This document shows, piece by piece, positions 19,937 through 32,191 of a stretch of DNA of 64,000 nt; positions within the stretch are counted from its first letter, which is position 1, and the number at the start of each line of letters is the position of its first letter. Made by a program: the position numbers and the translations under genes. The DNA is from Candidatus Hydrogenedentota bacterium (GTDB lineage Bacteria; Hydrogenedentota; Hydrogenedentia; Hydrogenedentales; SLHB01), in assembly GCA_045863335.1 (NCBI GenBank), contig BTVY01000031.1:1-64000 (forward strand). Direction: 5' to 3'. Under the pieces are notes generated by a model. It ran no database searches and was not told the DNA's origin. It saw only the letters and a program-made list of their open reading frames with translations.

Positions 19937-21010
19937 TTAGAAATCGTACTGGTTGATATTCGAAGCGTCGAACACAATCGGATCGCCCAGGACCACCACG
20001 TCGCCCTCGACCTTCACCTCGCCCAGACGTCCTGCCTTGAATGTCTCGACGGTATTCGGCTGCAACTCGCCTTTCGCCGCTGCCGCCGCGACCTGCACGG
20101 CCAGATAGCCCAGATCCACCGGGTTCCAAAGCACGAACTTCTTAACCGTCCCGTCTTCGACGTAGCCCTTCATGTCATTTGGCGTGGTCAGCCCCGTCAG
20201 GAAGACTTTATCCGCCGCACCCGCCTTGCGCAGCGCTTCCGCCGCACCGGGAAGGGCGACCGATGTAATCGCAAACACCCCGTCCAGGTCCGGGTACGTC
20301 TTGAGGCAGTCCGTCATGACCTGCGTGGCCAACGCGAGATCCTCTTCGGATACCTTCGGCGTTTCCGACAGGTTCGTCATGTTCGGATACTTCTCCTGCC
20401 GGTACTGCTCCATGGCCTCCATCCACATGTTCTGATTGGCCGCCGTAAGCGAGCCGGTGATGATGATGTAATTCGCGTCTTCGCCGGCGCCTTCCGCCAT
20501 CACGTCCATCAACGTCTTGGCGATACTCTCGATCGTGCATTGGTTGACGAAGAAGTCGCGCGCCGCCGGGCTCGCGTCCGCATCCCACGTGACCACTTTC
20601 ATCCCCCGCTTCCGCGCCTTCTCCAACACCGGCACGATGGCATCGGGATCGTTCGGCGCGACCGCGATGGCGTCATACTTCTGCGCGATCCACGATTCCA
20701 GCATTTCTACCTGGCGTTGGACATCGTTCACCGCCGGACCGTCGAAGTTCACGCCGATGCCCAACTCGCGTCCCCCCTCTTCGGCGCCCACTTCGGTCGC
20801 GTTGAAGAAGGGAATGCCGACCAGCTTCGGCATCACGCCCACGCGCAGCCGCGCGGAGCCGCCTTCGCCCGGCCCCGTGCCGATTGCGGTATTAGGTTCA
20901 GGCAAGGGGGCCGACTTCTCGCACCCGGGCGCGATCAGGAGTAGTGCCGTCGCTACGGCGGCGATGAAACCGAAACCAACCTTGATGTATCCGCGATTGC
21001 CCTGACTCAT
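19937..21010 (-). CDS. Sugar ABC transporter substrate-binding protein (RhaS/LsrB-like)
   Basis: Start MSQGNRG after GGAGG; PKLVGIPFFNA, DAIAVAPND, VVTWDAD, LWNPVDLGY. Confidence 0.85.
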   Translation of the reverse strand: MSQGNRGYIKVGFGFIAAVATALLLIAPGCEKSAPLPEPNTAIGTGPGEGGSARLRVGVMPKLVGIPFFNATEVGAEEGGRELGIGVNFDGPAVNDVQRQVEMLESWIAQKYDAIAVAPNDPDAIVPVLEKARKRGMKVVTWDADASPAARDFFVNQCTIESIAKTLMDVMAEGAGEDANYIIITGSLTAANQNMWMEAMEQYRQEKYPNMTNLSETPKVSEEDLALATQVMTDCLKTYPDLDGVFAITSVALPGAAEALRKAGAADKVFLTGLTTPNDMKGYVEDGTVKKFVLWNPVDLGYLAVQVAAAAAKGELQPNTVETFKAGRLGEVKVEGDVVVLGDPIVFDASNINQYDF

Positions 21011-21987
21011 GTTTTCCCTCCTGTGCGGCCGCCCATCCATTCGTTGAAGACCGCCGTAACGATGAGCAGCGCGCCCACCACGATTACGATGTTCTCCGAG
21101 TCCACCCCTGCCATGTCCAAACCGTATCGTAGAATACCGATGATGAGCAGTCCAAGCAACGTGCCGATGACCGACGCGTCGCCGCCGCTGATGCGCGTTC
21201 CCCCCACCACGACGCAGGCGATCACTTCCAGTTCCAGGCCCATGGCCGTGTCGGCCTTGGCCGTCGCATAAAGCGCCGTGTGAAAAAGGGAGGCGAGGCC
21301 GCACACCAGCCCGCTGGCCGCGTATAGGCCCAGTTTCAGGCGTCGTGTCCGGATCGCGGCAAATTCCGCGGCCGTCTCGTTTTCGCCAATGCACTCGGTA
21401 AAGCGGCCAATCCACGTCTTTCGCAGGATCAGGCTTCCGACGACGATCGTGATGACCAGCGCGAACAGCGGCACCGGCACGTACGCGTACTCCGTCCCGC
21501 CCAGCGGCACCCGGAAGGCGTCGCCCTGGCTGATCCACTGGAATCCGCGCGGGAAATCCCGGATGGGGTCGGCTTTACTCAGCCCCATGGCGATGCCGCG
21601 AAACAAGGCCATCGTGGCCAGCGTGACCACCAACGGCGGCACGCGTAGATAGCTGCTCACGCCACCATTGAACGCGCCTGCCGCGCCCCCTGCCAAGATC
21701 GCGCAAATACCGGCGAGAACCAGCGGCATGCCCGCGTCCTGGTAGAGCAGTCCCAACACGATGCCCGACAGGGCCACCATGGAACCGACCGAGAGGTCGA
21801 TACCGGACGTGGCGATGATAAAGGTCATGGGCACGGCGATCATGCCGGGAACCACCCAGTAGCGGGAGCGTTCGAACAAGTTGAACCAGTCAAAGAACCC
21901 GTCGACGAACAGGGCAAACCCGGCAAACATGAGCGCCAGCGCAAGCAGCAACGCGGATTCGCGGCGGAGGAGCATGGCGCGAATCAT
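21007..21987 (-). CDS. Sugar ABC transporter permease (BPD_transp_2)
   Basis: TFIIATSGIDLSVGS, VPPLVVTLATM, ELEVIACVVVGGTRISGG; overlaps neighbours by 4 nt. Confidence 0.9.
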   Translation of the reverse strand: MIRAMLLRRESALLLALALMFAGFALFVDGFFDWFNLFERSRYWVVPGMIAVPMTFIIATSGIDLSVGSMVALSGIVLGLLYQDAGMPLVLAGICAILAGGAAGAFNGGVSSYLRVPPLVVTLATMALFRGIAMGLSKADPIRDFPRGFQWISQGDAFRVPLGGTEYAYVPVPLFALVITIVVGSLILRKTWIGRFTECIGENETAAEFAAIRTRRLKLGLYAASGLVCGLASLFHTALYATAKADTAMGLELEVIACVVVGGTRISGGDASVIGTLLGLLIIGILRYGLDMAGVDSENIVIVVGALLIVTAVFNEWMGGRTGGKT

Positions 21988-24464
21988 TCCGCATGTCCTT
22001 TCCAGCGCTGAAGGCCCACGTCCACGACCACCGCCAGCAAGATGAGTCCGCCGACGAAGAGGTTCTGCCAATACGAACTGATTTCCATCAGGATCAGCAT
22101 GTTGCGGAGCATGGCTACCAGAAACGCGCCAATCAGCGTGCCGATCGCGGAACCGCGCCCCCCGAGGATGTTCGTACCGCCGATGACCGCCGCCGCAATC
22201 GCCTGCAACTCCATCCCCGCGCCGGTGTTCGCCTGAACTTTCGTGTAGTACGCGGGATGAAGAACCGACACCAGTCCCACCAGCACCCCGGAGAAACCGA
22301 AGACGAACAGCGTCAGCCGCGTCTTCGACAAACCGATAAGCCGCGCCGCACTCTCCGAATTGCCAAGCGCAAGCACGCGGCGCCCCGTCAATGTGTATCG
22401 CAGGACGATGTGCGCGAGAAACGTCACCGCAATCACGTAGTAACAGATCTTCGGAATTCCCAGTACATACCCGTCGGCCAACGCACGGTAGGCGTCCGGC
22501 AAGTCCGTCACTTCCTTGCCGCCGGTGAAGATCCGCATCACGCCCCGGTAGATGCTGATGCCGGCAAGGGTCACGATGATGGGATGAATGCGCGCGATGA
22601 GCGCGATTCCGCCGTTGATTATGCTCAGCGCGCAGCCCATGGCCATCGCCAGAGCGAGGCACACGACGGGCGGCGCGCCGCTCACGGCGGACATGCCCGC
22701 CACCGCCGCGACGAGCCCCATCATGGATCCAACCGAAATGTCGATGCCTCCGGCGCAGATGATCAGCATGGCGCCCTGCGCCACGATCGCCGGGATGGCC
22801 GCGTTCGCGAGGACATCCAGGAAGTTGTTGACGGTGGCGAATTCGTGGGGCTTCAGGAACACCATGACGCCTGCGAGCAAGAGCGTGAACGTCAGCAATC
22901 CGACTTCCCGCATGCGCACCAGCGCAGCGGCCCGCGAAGGCTTCGCCTCAACCGACACGCCCTGATCTTCCGCTACGCGCGGGACTGCCGCCGCGGCAAT
23001 GGTCCTTTCATCATCTACGGCTGGGCGAAACTCACCGGTGACGCGGCCTTCGGACAGCGCGATCACGCGATCGCTCATGGCCATGATCTCAGGCAGTTCG
23101 GAACTGATGAGCAGAATCGCCGCGCCTTGTTCCGCCATGTCGCAGATGAGGCGATGAATTTCCGCCTTAGCGCCCACGTCCACGCCGCGTGTGGGTTCGT
23201 CGAGAATCAACACCTTGGGATTGGTCGCTCGCCAGCGCCCAAACACAACCTTTTGCTGGTTACCGCCGCTGAGCGTGCCGATGGCCTGCTCGCGAGATTC
23301 CGCGCGCACGCGCATATCGCGAATCACGTCATCGGCCAATTCCCGTTCGGCGCCCGCGCGAATCCAGCCTGCCGTGGAAAGCCGCGGCAATACCGCGACG
23401 CTGGCATTGGAGCGCAAGGGATGGCCGCGAAACACGGCCTGCACGAGACGGTCTTCGGGGAGGTAAGCCAAGCCGGCGCGCACCGCGTCGCGTGGAGATG
23501 CTGCCGCGACCGGTTGCCCGTCGATCTTTATCGAGCCGGAAGCGAGCTTGCGCAACCCGAACAAGGCCTGTCCGAGTTCGCTGCGGCCCGCGCCGACGAA
23601 TCCGTACATGCCCACGATCTCGCCCGCGCGCACCTCGAGGTTCACGTCGCGAAACACGCCATCCGCCGAAGTCGCTCCCTTGACCTCCAGCCGCACCTCG
23701 CCCTGCGCCACTTCCCGCTTGGCGAACATTTCCTTCACCTCGCGGCCCACCATAAGCGACACGATTCGGTCCATGGTCAGGTCAGCGGTGTCGTTCGTCT
23801 CGACGGTTTCGCCGTCGCGCATGACGGTAACGCGGTCGCAAAGCTCCAGAATCTCTTCCAACCGGTGGCTTACGTATACGATCCCGACGCCTTCGTCCCG
23901 CAGCGCGCGAATCCGCGCAAAAAGATTCTCAATCTCTTTCAGGGTGAGGGAAGAAGTCGGTTCGTCCAGGAACAGCACGCGCGCCTTCTCGGATACAGCC
24001 GCCGCGATCTCCGCCATCATTCGCCGCGCCACGGACAGCCCGCTCGCCGTCATACGCACGTTGTACGACTCGCCCATGCGCTGAACCATCCGGTCCGCTT
24101 CACGATACGTGGCGGGCCAGTCGACCAGCCCCGCGCGGCGAACCAGACCCCGCCCCAGCAGCATGTTCTCCGCGATGCTGAGTTGGGGGAAGAGATCGGC
24201 CTCCTGGTGGACCACCGCGATTCCGAGCGACGCGGCATGCCGGGGATTGGCGACCTGAACCACCTGGCCATCGACGGAGATGCTGCCGTCGTCGGGACGC
24301 AACACGCCCGTGGCGATGTTGATCAAAGTGCTTTTGCCAGCGCCGTTCTCGCCGACCAGCCCCAGGACTTCCCCCGACCGAACCTCCAGTTGCGCCCCCG
24401 ACAGGGCAGGTACCCCGCCGAAGCTTTTCCGGATGGAATTCAAGTGTAGAATGGTGCTCCCCAT
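21984..24464 (-). CDS. Fused sugar ABC transporter ATP-binding protein (tandem NBD) + permease
   Basis: GENGAGKST Walker A, LDEPT, LSGGNQQK, then GGIDISVGS / ELQAIAAAVIGGT permease motifs in one 826-aa ORF. Confidence 0.9.
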   Translation of the reverse strand: MGSTILHLNSIRKSFGGVPALSGAQLEVRSGEVLGLVGENGAGKSTLINIATGVLRPDDGSISVDGQVVQVANPRHAASLGIAVVHQEADLFPQLSIAENMLLGRGLVRRAGLVDWPATYREADRMVQRMGESYNVRMTASGLSVARRMMAEIAAAVSEKARVLFLDEPTSSLTLKEIENLFARIRALRDEGVGIVYVSHRLEEILELCDRVTVMRDGETVETNDTADLTMDRIVSLMVGREVKEMFAKREVAQGEVRLEVKGATSADGVFRDVNLEVRAGEIVGMYGFVGAGRSELGQALFGLRKLASGSIKIDGQPVAAASPRDAVRAGLAYLPEDRLVQAVFRGHPLRSNASVAVLPRLSTAGWIRAGAERELADDVIRDMRVRAESREQAIGTLSGGNQQKVVFGRWRATNPKVLILDEPTRGVDVGAKAEIHRLICDMAEQGAAILLISSELPEIMAMSDRVIALSEGRVTGEFRPAVDDERTIAAAAVPRVAEDQGVSVEAKPSRAAALVRMREVGLLTFTLLLAGVMVFLKPHEFATVNNFLDVLANAAIPAIVAQGAMLIICAGGIDISVGSMMGLVAAVAGMSAVSGAPPVVCLALAMAMGCALSIINGGIALIARIHPIIVTLAGISIYRGVMRIFTGGKEVTDLPDAYRALADGYVLGIPKICYYVIAVTFLAHIVLRYTLTGRRVLALGNSESAARLIGLSKTRLTLFVFGFSGVLVGLVSVLHPAYYTKVQANTGAGMELQAIAAAVIGGTNILGGRGSAIGTLIGAFLVAMLRNMLILMEISSYWQNLFVGGLILLAVVVDVGLQRWKGHAE

Positions 24465-24472
24465 GGCGAGGG

Positions 24473-24501
24473 ATCATAGAACGGCAGCGCCAACGATTCA
24501 A
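24473..24501 (-). promoter_or_regulatory. Sigma70-type promoter of the ABC operon (leaderless)
   Basis: TTGAAT-17 nt-TATGAT on the - strand, ending 8 nt before the ATG at 24464. Confidence 0.55.
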
Positions 24502-24531
24502 CCGGGAGCACTTGCGCGGAGCTAGCTGCGC

Positions 24532-25530
24532 CTATCCTGTGACCAACGCAACGTCGGCGTACTTGGCGAGTTCCTGGTCGCGCAGCTTCTTGAACGCCTC
24601 GTAATCCTCCTGCGAAAGCGTCCGGGCCGGTTCAAAGTTTGGATTGCCCTTCATCGTACGGTGGTGGGGCTGGACCGGAAATCCCTGCTCGGCGGCGTAG
24701 CGTTTCAACCACACGACCGGCACCGTGCTCCGATCGCACAAGAGGTTCAACGAACGTTGCGCCTCGATGGCGCCTCCGCGGTCATCGGCCTCATAGCAAT
24801 CCTGGAGGGCTTTCACGATGATCGGGTTCACCGTGCAACCCTGGCCGATGCAGGCCTTGGCGCCCACGTACAACGCCGCCAGGAAAGACGTCTCAGCGCC
24901 CGCGATCATGCCGATATCCTTATCCTTCACGGCGTAGTAGATATCGGAAATGTATTTGGCGTCGTTGGTGGACAGCTTCATGCCCTTGACGTTGGGCAGG
25001 TCGGCCAGCTTCGCCACAAGCTCCATGTCCACCCAATAGTCTTTGTGCGTGTTGCCGGGCTGATAGATGAAGATGGGAATGTTGATCGCTTCGTTGACGG
25101 CCTCGAAATAGCGAAGCGTCACGTCCGCTTCCGTCTCACCATCCTTGGGAAGGACCGCTTCCGGCATCGTGTGCACGACACCCGCCGCGCCCAGGCCCTC
25201 GGCAAGTTTGCTTAACTCGATGGACTGCTTGAGAAACAACGCCGGATCCGGCCGCTTATCGTAGTTCTTGTCCCAGATCCCCGCGGTTCCCACCAACACG
25301 GGTGCCTTCCCGTTGAGGTGATTGCACGCGAGTTCCGCCATCGCGGTCACGTCGTCGTACTCATATGCGTACATCTGGCCCATGCCCGAGCGAACGAAAT
25401 AGGCGCTGATCGCGCCGGTGCTGTAGAGAAAATCGAGCAACGCGCGCTGGCCGTCCGGATCGAACCGGCCTTGTTCATCCCACGCGGTAAATACATTGGA
25501 AATTGCGCCATAGACATACTTCGGAACCAT
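24532..25530 (-). CDS. Dihydrodipicolinate synthase family (class I aldolase/lyase)
   Basis: FVRSGMGQ, APVLVGT, IPIFIYQP and LPNVKGMKLS with the Schiff-base Lys. Confidence 0.8.
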   Translation of the reverse strand: MVPKYVYGAISNVFTAWDEQGRFDPDGQRALLDFLYSTGAISAYFVRSGMGQMYAYEYDDVTAMAELACNHLNGKAPVLVGTAGIWDKNYDKRPDPALFLKQSIELSKLAEGLGAAGVVHTMPEAVLPKDGETEADVTLRYFEAVNEAINIPIFIYQPGNTHKDYWVDMELVAKLADLPNVKGMKLSTNDAKYISDIYYAVKDKDIGMIAGAETSFLAALYVGAKACIGQGCTVNPIIVKALQDCYEADDRGGAIEAQRSLNLLCDRSTVPVVWLKRYAAEQGFPVQPHHRTMKGNPNFEPARTLSQEDYEAFKKLRDQELAKYADVALVTG

Positions 25531-25533
25531 GAA

Positions 25534-25998
25534 CTAATACCTTCCTTTCGGCGGCGCACCTTGACCGGGGGGACGTACTTGCGGTGCCACGCCTTTGCGT
25601 AACGCTTCTCGTTTCTGGCCTGCCTTCTGGGTCTTCATCGGGCGGAGCCGGACCATCAACGCAAAGGCGACGACCACGAATGCGACTTCGAACCAGAAAA
25701 TCCACGAGGGCTTATACAGTTCCTGGTTCCAGAATTCAATCAACGGGGTTTGCCAGCCGGCACTCACACGCTCATCCTTGAGCATTTTCATTTGGGATTC
25801 GTAATTGAACCAAGTAGCCACGGCCACAACGTAATGCAATGCGATGTGGAAGATGGCCGTGTAAACACACAATTCAAGCGCCCATTGGATCACGGGCAAG
25901 GTCCACTGCCGGGTGAAGTAGAGCGTAGCCAGCACAAATACGGCCCCAACGCCATATTCCACCATGTGATCCTGGATGTGGGTAAATATCGCGTCCAT
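25534..25998 (-). CDS. Hypothetical membrane protein
   Basis: GGGAGA SD before ATG 25998; three hydrophobic segments. Confidence 0.7.
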   Translation of the reverse strand: MDAIFTHIQDHMVEYGVGAVFVLATLYFTRQWTLPVIQWALELCVYTAIFHIALHYVVAVATWFNYESQMKMLKDERVSAGWQTPLIEFWNQELYKPSWIFWFEVAFVVVAFALMVRLRPMKTQKAGQKREALRKGVAPQVRPPGQGAPPKGRY

Positions 25999-26263
25999 CG
26001 CACTCTCCCGAACCTTGGTCCCGAATCGGATTGTACCACGGGTAGCGAATTCCACAAAATCCGCGATTCTGTAAGGTGTTGTCAGTGTGGACCCCGCGCC
26101 ACAACCTGACCTCTAACCTGATGCGCCGCCGAACTGGGAACTCACTCCTCCGTCTGCTATAATCCCGCTCCGAAAGCGGATTGATCAACGCCTCCCCCGA
26201 ACCCCCGGGGAAGGATCACGCGTGGCGGCGGAGCTGCCAAACCCCAGGGAATCGACAGTTCGG

Positions 26264-26731
26264 ATGGATAAACTGTACGTAAGCGAGGATGGCCTCGTTA
26301 AGTTGAAGGAAGAACTCGCCGCATGCAAGGCGCGCCGCATGGAAGTCGCGGCCATCATCGAGCATGCCCGCGGGTTCGGCGACCTGCGCGAGAACGCGGA
26401 CTACCACGCCGCGAAAGAAGAGCAAGCTATGTTGCACGCGCGCATTCGCGACCTGGAAGACAAGGTCGCCCGCGCGGTTACGATTGATGACCAGGAAATT
26501 GACACCAGCAAAGTCTACCTCGGAGCCACCGTCCGCGTGCTGAACAAGAAGTCGAAGAAGGAGTTCAGCTACACCCTGGTCAGTCCCGTGGAAGCGGACA
26601 TGGAGCACGGCAAGATCTCCGTGCGTTCGCCCGTGGGGGAGGCGTTGCTGGGCAAGTCCGTCGGTGAAGTGGCCGTGGCCAACGTCCCCGCCGGCGCAAT
26701 AGAATTCGAAGTCCTAGAAATCACCCGCTGA
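26264..26731 (+). CDS. greA: Transcription elongation factor GreA
   Basis: ARGFGDLRENADYHAAKEEQ, KISVRSPVGEALLGK; upstream TGcTATAAT at 26155-26163. Confidence 0.95.
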   Translation: MDKLYVSEDGLVKLKEELAACKARRMEVAAIIEHARGFGDLRENADYHAAKEEQAMLHARIRDLEDKVARAVTIDDQEIDTSKVYLGATVRVLNKKSKKEFSYTLVSPVEADMEHGKISVRSPVGEALLGKSVGEVAVANVPAGAIEFEVLEITR

Positions 26732-26827
26732 AAAGAGGGCGTACTTACAGTCGCTGCGTTGGGGTAGCCGGCGCCGGTGCGCATGGCCTGCGTTCCGATA
26801 ACGGCGTTACGAGGATGTTGAGGGTCC

Positions 26828-30076
<3,249 letters not shown>

Positions 30077-30103
30077 CGAAGACGTCCCGCAAATGAGGTG
30101 GTC

Positions 30104-30946
30104 ATGTCATCCGGACGATTGTTCGTGGTCGCGACACCCATCGGTAATCTGAAGGACATGTCGCCGCGTGCTGTCGACGTACTGCGCGCGGCGGACCTTG
30201 TCGCCGCCGAAGACACCCGCCATACGCGCCGTCTCCTGGCGCACTTCGAGATTGACACGCCGCTGACCAGCTACCACGATCACAACGAACAAACGAAGAC
30301 CGATTCCCTCGTGGCCGAGATTCGCGCGGGGAAAGATGTCGCCCTCGTAACCGATGCGGGCACGCCTCTTGTCTCCGATCCCGGTTTTCGGCTGGTCCGT
30401 GCCGTGCAGGACGCCAACCTCCCGGTCCTGGCCGTGCCCGGTCCATCCGCGGTACTCGCCGCCTTGTCTGTGAGCGGCCTTCCCACCGACCGGTTCACCT
30501 TTCAGGGGTTCTTCCCGCGCAAGTCGCGCGCGGCGGAATCGGTCATGGCGGAAGGTGCCCGGTCCTCCGGTACTCACGTTTTCTTCGAAGCAGCCAACCG
30601 GCTGACCGAAACGCTGTCGGTTATGGCGCGACATGCCCCTCAGGGAACGGAGGCCTGTGTGGCCCGCGAACTGACCAAGGTGCATGAGGAATCCCGGCGC
30701 GGGACCCTCGATGAATTGGCCATCCACTACGCGGACAATCCGCCCCGTGGCGAGTGCGTGATCCTTCTCCATTTTCCTTCCGGCGCGTCCTCCAAACCGG
30801 CACGGTCCGCCGAAGAAATCCGGGAGATGGTCGAGTCCCTGATGCAGTCCGAGAACCTGTCGCGCCGGGACGCCGTACGCTTGCTGTCGAGCGAACTCGG
30901 ATTGCCCCGCAACGCCGTCTACGCAGCGGCCCGGGAGTCCAAATGA
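30104..30946 (+). CDS. rsmI: 16S rRNA (cytidine(1402)-2'-O)-methyltransferase
   Basis: LFVVATPIGNL, AEDTRHT, DAGTPLVSDPG, ARELTKVHEE. Confidence 0.95.
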   Translation: MSSGRLFVVATPIGNLKDMSPRAVDVLRAADLVAAEDTRHTRRLLAHFEIDTPLTSYHDHNEQTKTDSLVAEIRAGKDVALVTDAGTPLVSDPGFRLVRAVQDANLPVLAVPGPSAVLAALSVSGLPTDRFTFQGFFPRKSRAAESVMAEGARSSGTHVFFEAANRLTETLSVMARHAPQGTEACVARELTKVHEESRRGTLDELAIHYADNPPRGECVILLHFPSGASSKPARSAEEIREMVESLMQSENLSRRDAVRLLSSELGLPRNAVYAAARESK

Positions 30947-32181
30947 ACGAGGCCGCCCGCGTCGCGATCCCGGTCATCATCGAACGCATGGGGCTGGCGA
31001 TCCGCTACTTCCTTTACATACTGCTGCTCTCGCTCGTCGGTTTGGGCTATGCGAAAGGCAATGCAGCCGATATCGCAATAATCTCGATAATCCTCCTGGT
31101 CCACCACGGCTTTATTCACACGGTGTTGTGGAAGAAGCGCTACGACCTCTTGTTCACGCGGGCCAACTTCCTTATTAGTTTCTTCGAAGTGTCCGCCATC
31201 GTTGTCTTGACAGGCGCGGACACGACAGCCGGATACTTGCTGTACTTCGCCCTTATCATCGCGTTTAGCGCGTACGATCGAAGGTACTGGCGCGTCTTGT
31301 TTGTGTCCAGCCTATGCGCTGCGAGCTACACCTTGGCCGTGCTGTGGGAAGCATGGCGCGCCGGCCTCGCCGAAGAGCCCGGAATCCTGATCGTCAAGAT
31401 CGTTTATATATTCGTCATTGGATGGCTGGTCGCCGTGCTTTCGGAGCGGCTGCGCGTGGCTGAGGAGGTGTCCTCCCGGCAGACCGCCCAGTTGGCGTCC
31501 TCAGAAGCCACGCTCCGGACCATTCTGAATTCCGCCGGCGATCCGATCATTGTGTTCGACGAGAACGAGTTCATTACAGAGACGAACCAGCGGGCTGCGG
31601 AATTCCTCATGGTCCCGCACGAACAACTCGTTGGAAGGCGCGTTCGGGCATTTCTGTTCGATGATGGGACCCTCGCGAACAAGTTCGCCCATTTGCGCGT
31701 GCGCGGCGAGGGGCAAAGCGAAGAGGTTTTTGTGAATGCGGAAGGGGAAGAGCGTTCCGCCGAGATGGTCGTGCGGTCGTACAACCGGGACAATACGCGT
31801 TACTTTGTCGCAATAGTTCGTGATGTAACCAACCGAAAAGAGCTGCAAGAGGCCACGCGTCTCGCCAACATCCAGTTGGAGCGCCTCAACAGCGAGCTGC
31901 GCCAGGTCGAGCGATTGAAAACGAACTTCCTCGCTTCCATCTCGCGCAACATGCGCTCCCCCTTGTCCGCCGTGGCGGGTTATGTGGAAATGATGCTTGA
32001 CGAGGAACTCGGCGAAGTCAACGCGGAACAGCGCAAGGCGCTCCAAACCTGCCGCCGCGGCTTGCTCCGGGTCTTTCGCCTAATCGAAGAAGCGCTGGAC
32101 CTGCACCGCCTCGAAACAAAGCGCTCGCAGATCGCCGCCGCGCAAGAAGGCGCGCGCAAGCGCGACCACACAAACCAGTAG
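30943..32181 (+). CDS. Membrane PAS + degenerate HisKA protein lacking a HATPase domain
   Basis: About 6 TM segments, PAS (ILNSAGDPIIVFD...VRDVTNRK), then FLASISRNMRSPLSAV; ORF ends about 60 aa later; ATGA overlap with rsmI. Confidence 0.75.
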   Translation: MNEAARVAIPVIIERMGLAIRYFLYILLLSLVGLGYAKGNAADIAIISIILLVHHGFIHTVLWKKRYDLLFTRANFLISFFEVSAIVVLTGADTTAGYLLYFALIIAFSAYDRRYWRVLFVSSLCAASYTLAVLWEAWRAGLAEEPGILIVKIVYIFVIGWLVAVLSERLRVAEEVSSRQTAQLASSEATLRTILNSAGDPIIVFDENEFITETNQRAAEFLMVPHEQLVGRRVRAFLFDDGTLANKFAHLRVRGEGQSEEVFVNAEGEERSAEMVVRSYNRDNTRYFVAIVRDVTNRKELQEATRLANIQLERLNSELRQVERLKTNFLASISRNMRSPLSAVAGYVEMMLDEELGEVNAEQRKALQTCRRGLLRVFRLIEEALDLHRLETKRSQIAAAQEGARKRDHTNQ

Positions 32182-32191
32182 CCGCTTGAAT

